Assembly: GCF_009914755.1 (NCBI RefSeq)
Contig: NC_060942.1
DNA: 64,000 nucleotides
Reading direction: 5' to 3' (one strand)
DNA from: the human T2T-CHM13v2.0 reference genome, Homo sapiens
Shown here: in pieces, positions 1 through 12,096 of the stretch
Numbering within the stretch: position 1 is the first letter of the stretch
Layout: every line of letters starts with the position of its first letter
Notes under the pieces: generated by a model
Seen by the model: only the letters and a program-made list of their open reading frames with translations
Database searches by the model: none
Told to the model about the DNA's origin: nothing
Position numbers and translations under genes: made by a program

Positions 1-170
1 GGGATTTCGCTGGAAGCGGGAATACATCTAAAAAGCACACAGCAGCGTTCTGAGAAACTGCTTTCTGATGTTTGCATTCAAGTCAAAAGTTGAACACTCC
101 CTTTCATAGAGCAGTCCTGAAACACTCCTTTTGTAGTATCTGGAACTGGACTTTTGGAGCGCTTTCAGGG

Positions 171-187
171 CTAAGGTGAAAAAGGAA
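171..187 (+). other. pJalpha-type box of A-type monomers (representative; best match in C2 and E2)
   Basis: CTAAGGTGAAAAAGGAA lies at the position equivalent to the CENP-B box, one mismatch from the CTAYGGTGRAAAAGGAA consensus as I recall it. Other alternate monomers carry degenerate 'cta(t/c)gttggaaa(a/g)ggaa'. Confidence 0.7.
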
Positions 188-341
188 ATATCTTCCCATA
201 AAAACTGGACAGAAGCATTCTCAGAAACTTGTTTATGCTGTATCTACTCTACTAACAAAGTTGAACCTTTCTTTTGATAGAGCAGTTTTGAAATGCTCTT
301 TTTGTGGAATCTGCAAGTGGATATTTGGCTAGATTTGAGGA

Positions 342-358
342 TTTCGTTGGAAGCTGGA
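342..358 (+). other. Degenerate CENP-B box in F1 (CGGG->CTGG), representative
   Basis: tttcgttggaagctgga changes an essential core base and removes the second CpG. Confidence 0.88.
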
Positions 359-1021
359 ATTCATACAAATTGCAGACTGCAGCGTTCTGAGAAACATCTT
401 TGTGATGTTTGTATTCAGGACACAGAGTTGAACATTCCCTATCATAGAACAGGTTGTAATCACTCCTTTTGTAGTATCTGGAAGTGGACATTTGGAGCGC
501 TTTCAGGCCTATGTTGAAAAAGGATATATCTTCCCATAACAACTAGACACAAGCATTCTCAGAAACTTGTTTGTGATGTGTGCCCTCTACTGACAGAGTT
601 GAACCTTTCTTTTCATAGAGCAGTTTTGAAACACTCTTTTTGTAGAATCTGCAAGAGGATATTTGCATAGCTTTGAGGATTTCGTGGGAAACGGGATTGT
701 CTTCAGGTAAAATCTAGACAGAAGCATTCTCAGAAACTTCTTCGGGATGTTTGCATTCAAGTCACAGAGTAGAACATTACCTTTGGTAGAGCAGGTTTCA
801 AACACTCTTTTTGTAGTATCTGGAAGTGGACATTTGGAGCGCTTTCAGGCCTATGTTGGAAAGGGAAATATCTTCCCGTAACAACTAGGCAGAAGCATTC
901 TCAGAAACTTATTTGAGATGTGTGTACTCAACTAAGAGAATTGAACCACCGTTTTGAAGGAGCAGTTTTGAAACACTCTTTTTCTGGAATCTGCAAGAGG
1001 ATATTTGCCTAGCCTTGAGGA

Positions 1022-1038
1022 TTTCGTTGGAAACGGGA
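1022..1038 (+). other. CENP-B box (representative; recurs about every 340 bp, e.g. 5-21, 680-696, 1364-1380, 1702-1718)
   Basis: TTTCGTTGGAAACGGGA matches YTTCGTTGGAARCGGGA. The A1 (ttcgtggg) and E1 (ttcgctgg) variants keep the essential TTCGnnnnAnnCGGG core. Confidence 0.96.
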
Positions 1039-1242
1039 TTGTCTTCAGATCAAATCTAGACAGACACATTCTCAGAAACTTCTTTGGGATGTTTGCATTC
1101 AAGTCACAGAGTAGAACATTCCCTTTGGTAGAGCAGGTTTGAAACACTCTTTTTTTAGTATATGGAAGTGGACATTTGGAGCGCTTTCAGGCCTACTTTG
1201 GAAAAGGAAATATCTTCCCATAACAACTAGACAGAAGCATTC

Positions 1243-1260
1243 TCAGAAACTAGTTTCTGA
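1243..1260. repeat. Perfect 18-bp palindrome TCAGAAACTAGTTTCTGA in monomer C1 (about once per HOR)
   Basis: The sequence equals its own reverse complement and has a central SpeI site, ACTAGT. Confidence 0.93.
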
Positions 1261-1913
1261 TGTGTGTCCTCAACTAACACAGTTGAACATTTCTTTAGAC
1301 AGAACAGTTTTGAAACACTCTTTTTGTGGAATCTGCAAGTGGCTATTTGGCTAGATTTGAGGATTTCGTTGGAAACGGGATTACATATAAAAAGCAGACA
1401 GCAGCATTCTCAGAAAGTTCTTTGTGATGATTGCATTCAAGTCACAGAATTGAACATTCCCTTTCACAGAGCAGGTTTGAAACACTCTTTTTGTAGTGTG
1501 TGTAAGTGGACATTTGGAGCACTTTCCGGCCTAAGGTGAAAAAGGAAATATCTTCCCTTAAAAACTAGACAGAAGCATTCTCAGAAACTTACTCGTGATG
1601 TGTGTCCTCAACTAAAGGAGTAGAACCTTTCTTTTCATAGAGAAGTTTTGAAACGCTCTTTTTGTGGAATCTGCAAGTGGATATTTGGCTAGTTTTGAGG
1701 ATTTCGTTGGAAGCGGGAATTCATACAAATTGCAGACTGCAGCGTTCTGAGAAACATCTTTGTGATGTTTGTATTCAGGACAGAGAGTTGAACATTCCCT
1801 ATCATAGACCAGGTTGGAATCCCTCCTTTTGTAGTATCTGGAAGTGGACATTTGGAACGCTTTCAGGCCTATGTTGGAAAAGGAAATATCTTCCCATAAC
1901 AACTAGACACAAG

Positions 1914-4290
1914 CATTCTCAGAAACTTGTTTGTGATGTGTGCCCTCTACTGACAGAGTTGAACCTTTGTTTTCATAGAGCAGTTTTGAAACACTCTTTT
2001 TGTAGAATCTGCAAGAGGATATTTGCATAGCTTTGAGGATTTCGTGGGAAACGGGATTGTCTTCAGGAAAAATCTAGACAGAAGCATTCTCAGAAACTTC
2101 TTTGGGATGTTTGCATTCAAGTCACAGAATAGAACATTCCCTTTGGTAGAGCAGGTTTCAAACACTCTTTTTGTAGTATCTGGAAGTGGACATTTGGAGC
2201 GCTTTCAGGCCTATGTTGGAAAGGGAAATATCTTCCCGTAACAACTAGGCAGAAGCATTCTCAGAAACTTATTTGAGATGTGTGTACTCAACTAAGAGAA
2301 TTGAACCACCGTTTTGAAGGACCAGTTTTGAAACACACTTTTTCTGGAATCTGCTAGAGGATATTTGCCTAGCTTTGAGGATTTCGTTGGAAACGGGATT
2401 GTCTTCAGATAAAATCTAGACAGAAGCATTCTCAGAAACTTCTTTGGGATGTTTGCATTCAAGTCACAGAGTAGAACATTCCCTTTGGTAGAGCAGGTTT
2501 GAAACACTCTTTTTGTAGTATCTGGAAGTGGACATTTGGAGCGCTTTCAGGCCTATGTTGGAAAGGGAAATATCTTCCCGTAACAACTAGGCAGAAGCAT
2601 TCTCAGAAACTTATTTGAGATGTGTGTACTCAACTAAGAGAATTGAACCACCCTTTTGAAGGAGCAGTTTTGAAACACTCTTTTTCTGGAATCTGCAAGA
2701 GGATATTTGCCTAGCCTTGAGGATTTCGTTGGAAACGGGATTGTCTTCAGATCAAATCTAGACAGAAGCATTCTCAGAAACTTCTTTGGGATGTTTGCAT
2801 TCAAGTCACAGAGTAGAACATTCCCTTTGGTAGAGCAGGTTTGAAACACTCTTTTTTTAGTATATGGAAGTGGACATTTGGAGCGCTTTCAGGCCTACGT
2901 TGGAAAAGGAAATATCTTCCCATAACAACTAGACAGAAGCATTCTCAGAAACTAGTTTCTGATGTGTGTCCTCAACTAACACAGTTGAACATTTCTTTAG
3001 ACAGAACAGTTTTGAAACACTCTTTTTGTGGAATCTGCAAGTGGCTATTTTGCTAGATTTGAGGATTTCGTTGGAAACGGGATTACATATAAAAAACAGA
3101 CAGCAGCATTCTCAGAAAGTTCTTTGTGATGATTGCATTCAAGTCACAGAATTGAACATTCCCTTTCACAGAGCAGGTTTGAAACACTCTTTTTGTAGTG
3201 TGTGTAAGTGGACATTTGGAGCACTTTCCGGCCTAAGGTGAAAAAGGAAATATCTTCCCATAAAAACTAGACAGAAGCATTCTCAGAAACTTACTCGTGA
3301 TGTGTGTCCTCAACTAAAGGAGTAGAACCTTTCTTTTCATAGAGAAGTTTTGAAACGCTCTTTTTGTGGAATCTGCAAGTGGATATTTGGCTAGTTTTGA
3401 AGATTTCGTTGGAAGCGGGAATTCATACAAATTGCAGACTGCAGCGTTCTGAGAAACATCTTTGTGATGTTTGTATTCAGGACACAGAGTTGAACATTCC
3501 CTATCATAGAGCAGGTTTGAATCACTCCTTTTGTAGTATCTGGAAGTGGACATTTGGAGCACTTTCAGGCCTATGTTGGAAAAGGAAATATCTTCCCATA
3601 ACAACTAGACAGAAGCATTCTCAGAAACTTATTTGAGATGTGTGTACTCAACTAAGAGAATTGAACCACCGTTTTGAAGGAGCAGTTTTGAAACACTCTT
3701 TTTCTGGAATCTGCAAGTGGATATTTGGCTAGCTTTGGGGATTTCGCTGGAAGCGGGAATACATATAAAAAGCACACAGCAGCGTTCTGAGAAACTGCTT
3801 TCTGATGTTTGCATTCAAGTCAAAAGTTGAACACTCCCTTTCATAGAGCAGTCCTGAAACACTCCTTTTGTAGTATCTGGAACTGGACTTTTGGAGCGCT
3901 TTCAGGGCTAAGGTGAAAAAGGAAATATCTTCCCATAAAAACTGGACAGAAGCATTCTCAGAAACTTGTTTATGCTGTATCTACTCTACTAACAAAGTTG
4001 AACCTTTCTTTTGATAGAGCAGTTTTGAAATGCTCTTTTTGTGGAATCTGCAAGTGGATATTTGGCTAGATTTGAGGATTTCGTTGGAAGCTGGAATTCA
4101 TACAAATTGCAGACTGCAGCGTTCTGAGAAACATCTTTGTGATGTTTGTATTCAGGACACAGAGTTGAACATTCCCTATCATAGAGCAGGTTGGAATCAC
4201 TCCTTTTGTAGTATCTGGAAGTGGACATTTGGAGCGCTTTCAGGCCTATGTTGAAAAAGGAAATATCTTCCCATAACAACTAGACACAAG
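1914..4290 (+). repeat. Representative 14-mer HOR variant (12-mer plus extra hybrid dimer B' at 2256-2597)
   Basis: Two consecutive 'cttatttgag..gattgtcttcag' dimers 342 bp apart (ORFs 2292 and 2634); unit length 2377. Confidence 0.93.
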
Positions 4291-6325
4291 CATTCTCAGA
4301 AACTTGTTTGTGATGTGTGCCCTCTACTGACAGAGTTGAACCTTTCTTTTCATAGAGCAGTTTTGAAACACTCTTTTTGTAGAATCTGCAAGAGGATATT
4401 TGCATAGCTTTGAGGATTTCGTGGGAAACGGGATTGTCTTCAGGTAAAATCTAGACAGAAGCATTCTCAGAAACTTCTTTGGGATGTTTGCATTCAAGTC
4501 ACAGAGTAGAACATTCCCTTTGGTAGAGCAGGTTTGCAACACTCTTTTTGTAGTATCTGGAAGTGGACATTTGGAGCGCTTTCAGGCCTATGTTGGAAAG
4601 GGAAATATCTTCCAGTAACAACTAGGCAGAAGCATTCTCAGAAACTTATTTGAGATGTGTGTACTCAACTAAGAGAATTGAACCACCGTTTTGAAGGAGC
4701 AGTTTTGAAACACTCTTTTTCTGGAATCTGCAAGAGTATATTTGCCTAGCCTTGAGGATTTCGTTGGAAACGGGATTGTCTTCAGATAAAATCTAGACAG
4801 AAGCATTCTCAGAAACTTCTTTGGGATGTTTGTATTCAAGTCACAGAGTAGAACATTCCCTTTGGTAGAGCAGGTTTGAAACACTCTTTTTTTAGTATAT
4901 GGAAGTGGACATTTTGATCGCTTTCAGGCCTACGTTGGAAAGGGAAATATCTTCCCATAACAACTAGACAGAAGCATTCTCAGAAACTAGTTTCTGATGT
5001 GTGTCCTCAACTAACACAGTTGAACATTTCTATAGACAGAACAGTTTTGAAACACTCTTTTTGTGGAATCTGCAAGTGGCTATTTGGCTAGATTTGAGGA
5101 TTTCGTTGGAAACGGGATTACATATAAAAAGCAGTCAGCAGCATTCTCAGAAAGTTCTTTGTGATGATTGCATTCAAGTCACAGAATTGAACATTCCCTT
5201 TCACAGAGCAGGTTTGAAACACTCTTTTTGTAGTGTGTGTAAGTGGACATTTGGAACCCTTACCGGCCTAAGGTGAAAAAGGAAATATCTTCCCATAAAA
5301 ACTAGACAGAAGCATTCTCAGAAACTTACTCGTGATGTGTGTCCTCAACTAAAGGAGTAGAACCTTTCTTTTCATAGAGAAGTTTTGAAACGCTCTTTTT
5401 GTGGAATCTGCAAGTGGATATTTGGCTAGTTTTGAGGATTTCGTTGGAAGCGGGAATTCATACAAATTGCAGACTGCAGCGTTCTGAGAAACATCTTTGT
5501 GATGTTTGTATTCAGGACACAGAGTTGAACATTCCCTATCATAGAGCAGGTTTGAATCACTCCTTTTGTAGTATCTGGAAGTGGACATTTGGAGCGCTTT
5601 CAGGCTTATGTTGGAAAAGGAAATATCTTCCCATAACAACTAGACAGAAGCATTCTCAGAAACTTATTTGAGATGTGTGTACTCAACTAAGAGAATTGAA
5701 CCACCGTTTTGAAGGAGCAGTTTTGAAACACTCTTTTTCTGGAATCTGCAAGTGGATATTTGGCTAGCTTTTGGGATTTCGCTGGAAGCGGGAATACATC
5801 TAAAAAGCACACAGCAGCGTTCTGAGAAACTGCTTTCTGATGTTTGCATTCAAGTCAAAAGTTGAACACTCCCTTTCATAGAGCAGTCCTGAAACACTCC
5901 TTTTGTAGTATCTGGAACTGGACTTTTGGAGCGCTTTCAGGGCTAAGGTGAAAAAGGAAATATCTTCCCATAAAAACTGGACAGAAGCATTCTCAGAAAC
6001 TTGTTTATGCTGTATCTACTCTACTAACAAAGTTGAACCTTTCTTTTGATAGAGCAGTTTTGAAATGCTCTTTTTGTGGAATCTGCAAGTGGATATTTGG
6101 CTAGATTTGAGGATTTCGTTGGAAGCTGGAATTCATACAAATTGCAGACTGCAGCGTTCTGAGAAACATCTTTGTGATGTTTGTATTCAGGACACAGAGT
6201 TGAACATTCCCTATCATAGAACAGGTTGTAATCACTCCTTTTGTAGTATCTGGAAGTGGACATTTGGAGCGCTTTCAGGCCTATGTTGAAAAAGGATATA
6301 TCTTCCCATAACAACTAGACACAAG
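4291..6325 (+). repeat. Representative 12-mer HOR ABCDEF (2035 bp)
   Basis: 8-mer plus the 675-bp E+F tetramer (167,170,167,171 bp). Confidence 0.95.
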
Positions 6326-9300
6326 CATTCTCAGAAACTTGTTTGTGATGTGTGCCCTCTACTGACAGAGTTGAACCTTTCTTTTCATAGAGCAGTTTTG
6401 AAACACTCTTTTTGTAGAATCTGCAAGAGGATATTTGCATAGCTTTGAGGATTTCGTGGGAAACGGGATTGTCTTCAGGTAAAATCTAGACAGAAGCATT
6501 CTCAGAAACTTCTTCGGGATGTTTGCATTCAAGTCACAGAGTAGAACATTCCCTTTGGTAGAGCAGGTTTCAAACACTCTTTTTGTAGTATCTGGAAGTG
6601 GACATTTGGAGCGCTTTCAGGCCTATGTTGGAAAGGGAAATATCTTCCCGTAACAACTAGGCAGAAGCATTCTCAGAAACTTATTTGAGATGTGTGTACT
6701 CAACTAAGAGAATTGAACCACCGTTTTGAAGGAGCAGTTTTGAAACACTCTTTTTCTGGAATCTGCAAGAGGATATTTGCCTAGCCTTGAGGATTTCGTT
6801 GGAAACGGGATTGTCTTCAGATCAAATCTAGACAGACGCATTCTCAGAAACTTCTTTGGGATGTTTGCATTCAAGTCACAGAGTAGAACATTCCCTTTGG
6901 TAGAGCAGGTTTGAAACACTCTTTTTTTAGTATATGGAATTGGACATTTGGAGCGCTTTCAGGCCTACTTTGGAAAAGGAAATATCTTCCCATAACAACT
7001 AGACAGAAGCATTCTCAGAAACTAGTTTCTGATGTGTGTCCTCAACTAACACAGTTGAACATTTCTTTAGACAGAACAGTTTTGAAACACTCTTTTTGTG
7101 GAATCTGCAAGTGGCTATTTGGCTAGATTTGAGGATTTCGTTGGAAACGGGATTACATATAAAAAGCAGACAGCAGCATTCTCAGAAAGTTCTTTGTGAT
7201 GATTGCATTCAAGTCACAGAATTGAACATTCCCTTTCACAGAGCAGGTTTGAAACACTCTTTTTGTAGTGTGTGTAAGTGGACATTTGGAGCACTTTCCG
7301 GCCTAAGGTGAAAAAGGAAATATCTTCCCTTAAAAACTAGACAGAAGCATTCTCAGAAACTTACTCGTGATGTGTGTCCTCAACTAAAGGAGTAGAACCT
7401 TTCTTTTCATAGAGAAGTTTTGAAACGCTCTTTTTGTGGAATCTGCAAGTGGATATTTGGCTAGTTTTGAGGATTTCGTTGGAAGCGGGAATTCATACAA
7501 ATTGCAGACTGCAGCGTTCTGAGAAACATCTTTGTGATGTTTGTATTCAGGACAGAGAGTTGAACATTCCCTATCATAGACCAGGTTGGAATCCCTCCTT
7601 TTGTAGTATCTGGAAGTGGACATTTGGAACGCTTTCAGGCCTATGTTGGAAAAGGAAATATCTTCCCATAACAACTAGACACAAGCATTCTCAGAAACTT
7701 GTTTGTGATGTGTGCCCTCTACTGACAGAGTTGAACCTTTCTTTTCATAGAGCAGTTTTGAAACACTCTTTTTGTAGAATCTGCAAGAGGATATTTGCAT
7801 AGCTTTGAGGATTTCGTGGGAAACGGGATTGTCTTCAGGAAAAATCTAGACAGAAGCATTCTCAGAAACTTCTTTGGGATGTTTGCATTCAAGTCACAGA
7901 ATAGAACATTCCCTTTGGTAGAGCAGGTTTCAAACACTCTTTTTGTAGTATCTGGAAGTGGACATTTGGAGCGCTTTCAGGCCTATGTTGGAAAGGGAAA
8001 TATCTTCCCGTAACAACTAGGCAGAAGCATTCTCAGAAACTTATTTGAGATGTGTGTACTCAACTAAGAGAATTGAACCACCGTTTTGAAGGACCAGTTT
8101 TGAAACACACTTTTTCTGGAATCTGCTAGAGGATATTTGCCTAGCTTTGAGGATTTCGTTGGAAACGGGATTGTCTTCAGATAAAATCTAGACAGAAGCA
8201 TTCTCAGAAACTTCTTTGGGATGTTTGCATTCAAGTCACAGAGTAGAACATTCCCTTTGGTAGAGCAGGTTTGAAACACTCTTTTTGTAGTATCTGGAAG
8301 TGGACATTTGGAGCGCTTTCAGGCCTATGTTGGAAAGGGAAATATCTTCCCGTAACAACTAGGCAGAAGCATTCTCAGAAACTTATTTGAGATGTGTGTA
8401 CTCAACTAAGAGAATTGAACCACCCTTTTGAAGGAGCAGTTTTGAAACACTCTTTTTCTGGAATCTGCAAGAGGATATTTGCCTAGCCTTGAGGATTTCG
8501 TTGGAAACGGGATTGTCTTCAGATCAAATCTAGACAGAAGCATTCTCAGAAACTTCTTTGGGATGTTTGCATTCAAGTCACAGAGTAGAACATTCCCTTT
8601 GGTAGAGCAGGTTTGAAACACTCTTTTTTTAGTATATGGAAGTGGACATTTGGAGCGCTTTCAGGCCTACGTTGGAAAAGGAAATATCTTCCCATAACAA
8701 CTAGACAGAAGCATTCTCAGAAACTAGTTTCTGATGTGTGTCCTCAACTAACACAGTTGAACATTTCTTTAGACAGAACAGTTTTGAAACACTCTTTTTG
8801 TGGAATCTGCAAGTGGCTATTTTGCTAGATTTGAGGATTTCGTTGGAAACGGGATTACATATAAAAAACAGACAGCAGCATTCTCAGAAAGTTCTTTGTG
8901 ATGATTGCATTCAAGTCACAGAATTGAACATTCCCTTTCACAGAGCAGGTTTGAAACACTCTTTTTGTAGTGTGTGTAAGTGGACATTTGGAGCACTTTC
9001 CGGCCTAAGGTGAAAAAGGAAATATCTTCCCATAAAAACTAGACAGAAGCATTCTCAGAAACTTACTCGTGATGTGTGTCCTCAACTAAAGGAGTAGAAC
9101 CTTTCTTTTCATAGAGAAGTTTTGAAACGCTCTTTTTGTGGAATCTGCAAGTGGATATTTGGCTAGTTTTGAAGATTTCGTTGGAAGCGGGAATTCATAC
9201 AAATTGCAGACTGCAGCGTTCTGAGAAACATCTTTGTGATGTTTGTATTCAGGACACAGAGTTGAACATTCCCTATCATAGAGCAGGTTTGAATCACTCC

Positions 9301-12096
9301 TTTTGTAGTATCTGGAAGTGGACATTTGGAGCACTTTCAGGCCTATGTTGGAAAAGGAAATATCTTCCCATAACAACTAGACAGAAGCATTCTCAGAAAC
9401 TTATTTGAGATGTGTGTACTCAACTAAGAGAATTGAACCACCGTTTTGAAGGAGCAGTTTTGAAACACTCTTTTTCTGGAATCTGCAAGTGGATATTTGG
9501 CTAGCTTTGGGGATTTCGCTGGAAGCGGGAATACATATAAAAAGCACACAGCAGCGTTCTGAGAAACTGCTTTCTGATGTTTGCATTCAAGTCAAAAGTT
9601 GAACACTCCCTTTCATAGAGCAGTCCTGAAACACTCCTTTTGTAGTATCTGGAACTGGACTTTTGGAGCGCTTTCAGGGCTAAGGTGAAAAAGGAAATAT
9701 CTTCCCATAAAAACTGGACAGAAGCATTCTCAGAAACTTGTTTATGCTGTATCTACTCTACTAACAAAGTTGAACCTTTCTTTTGATAGAGCAGTTTTGA
9801 AATGCTCTTTTTGTGGAATCTGCAAGTGGATATTTGGCTAGATTTGAGGATTTCGTTGGAAGCTGGAATTCATACAAATTGCAGACTGCAGCGTTCTGAG
9901 AAACATCTTTGTGATGTTTGTATTCAGGACACAGAGTTGAACATTCCCTATCATAGAGCAGGTTGGAATCACTCCTTTTGTAGTATCTGGAAGTGGACAT
10001 TTGGAGCGCTTTCAGGCCTATGTTGAAAAAGGAAATATCTTCCCATAACAACTAGACACAAGCATTCTCAGAAACTTGTTTGTGATGTGTGCCCTCTACT
10101 GACAGAGTTGAACCTTTCTTTTCATAGAGCAGTTTTGAAACACTCTTTTTGTAGAATCTGCAAGAGGATATTTGCATAGCTTTGAGGATTTCGTGGGAAA
10201 CGGGATTGTCTTCAGGTAAAATCTAGACAGAAGCATTCTCAGAAACTTCTTTGGGATGTTTGCATTCAAGTCACAGAGTAGAACATTCCCTTTGGTAGAG
10301 CAGGTTTGCAACACTCTTTTTGTAGTATCTGGAAGTGGACATTTGGAGCGCTTTCAGGCCTATGTTGGAAAGGGAAATATCTTCCAGTAACAACTAGGCA
10401 GAAGCATTCTCAGAAACTTATTTGAGATGTGTGTACTCAACTAAGAGAATTGAACCACCGTTTTGAAGGAGCAGTTTTGAAACACTCTTTTTCTGGAATC
10501 TGCAAGAGTATATTTGCCTAGCCTTGAGGATTTCGTTGGAAACGGGATTGTCTTCAGATAAAATCTAGACAGAAGCATTCTCAGAAACTTCTTTGGGATG
10601 TTTGTATTCAAGTCACAGAGTAGAACATTCCCTTTGGTAGAGCAGGTTTGAAACACTCTTTTTTTAGTATATGGAAGTGGACATTTTGATCGCTTTCAGG
10701 CCTACGTTGGAAAGGGAAATATCTTCCCATAACAACTAGACAGAAGCATTCTCAGAAACTAGTTTCTGATGTGTGTCCTCAACTAACACAGTTGAACATT
10801 TCTATAGACAGAACAGTTTTGAAACACTCTTTTTGTGGAATCTGCAAGTGGCTATTTGGCTAGATTTGAGGATTTCGTTGGAAACGGGATTACATATAAA
10901 AAGCAGTCAGCAGCATTCTCAGAAAGTTCTTTGTGATGATTGCATTCAAGTCACAGAATTGAACATTCCCTTTCACAGAGCAGGTTTGAAACACTCTTTT
11001 TGTAGTGTGTGTAAGTGGACATTTGGAACCCTTACCGGCCTAAGGTGAAAAAGGAAATATCTTCCCATAAAAACTAGACAGAAGCATTCTCAGAAACTTA
11101 CTCGTGATGTGTGTCCTCAACTAAAGGAGTAGAACCTTTCTTTTCATAGAGAAGTTTGAAACGCTCTTTTTGTGGAATCTGCAAGTGGATATTTGGCTAG
11201 TTTTGAGGATTTCGTTGGAAGCGGGAATTCATACAAATTGCAGACTGCAGCGTTCTGAGAAACATCTTTGTGATGTTTGTATTCAGGACACAGAGTTGAA
11301 CATTCCCTATCATAGAGCAGGTTTGAATCACTCCTTTTGTAGTATCTGGAAGTGGACATTTGGAGCGCTTTCAGGCTTATGTTGGAAAAGGAAATATCTT
11401 CCCATAACAACTAGACAGAAGCATTCTCAGAAACTTATTTGAGATGTGTGTACTCAACTAAGAGAATTGAACCACCGTTTTGAAGGAGCAGTTTTGAAAC
11501 ACTCTTTTTCTGGAATCTGCAAGTGGATATTTGGTTAGCTTTTGGGATTTCGCTGGAAGCGGGAATACATCTAAAAAGCACACAGCAGCGTTCTGAGAAA
11601 CTGCTTTCTGATGTTTGCATTCAAGTCAAAAGTTGAACACTCCCTTTCATAGAGCAGTCCTGAAACACTCCTTTTGTAGTATCTGGAACTGGACTTTTGG
11701 AGCGCTTTCAGGGCTAAGGTGAAAAAGGAAATATCTTCCCATAAAAACTGGACAGAAGCATTCTCAGAAACTTGTTTATGCTGTATCTACTCTACTAACA
11801 AAGTTGAACCTTTCTTTTGATAGAGCAGTTTTGAAATGCTCTTTTTGTGGAATCTGCAAGTGGATATTTGGCTAGATTTGAGGATTTCGTTGGAAGCTGG
11901 AATTCATACAAATTGCAGACTGCAGCGTTCTGAGAAACATCTTTGTGATGTTTGTATTCAGGACACAGAGTTGAACATTCCCTATCATAGAACAGGTTGT
12001 AATCACTCCTTTTGTAGTATCTGGAAGTGGACATTTGGAGCGCTTTCAGGCCTATGTTGAAAAAGGATATATCTTCCCATAACAACTAGACACAAG
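6326..12096 (+). repeat. 34-mer super-HOR copy 2 (5771 bp; 1-bp T deletion near 11155)
   Basis: Offset 6024->11795 is 5771. 'gaagtttgaa' at 11151-11160 replaces 'gaagttttgaa' found elsewhere. Confidence 0.95.

Larger units (their letters stand above)
554..1913 (+). repeat. Representative 8-mer HOR (monomers 171,171,171,171,167,171,167,171 bp)
   Basis: Monomer starts 554, 725, 896, 1067, 1238, 1405, 1576, 1743; next unit at 1914. Confidence 0.95.
554..6325 (+). repeat. 34-mer super-HOR copy 1 (ABCD + AB'BCDEF + ABCDEF; 1360+2377+2035 = 5772 bp)
   Basis: Dimer A starts at 554, 1914, 4291 and 6326. ORF-track offsets 252->6024 and 587->6359 are 5772, and private variants recur at that offset. 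Confidence 0.95.

Noticed and set aside
1381-1395. TATA-like 'catataaaaag' in C1/E1 as a promoter
   Set aside because: It is a short AT-rich motif inherent to the monomer. Promoter activity cannot be inferred without transcript-start data.
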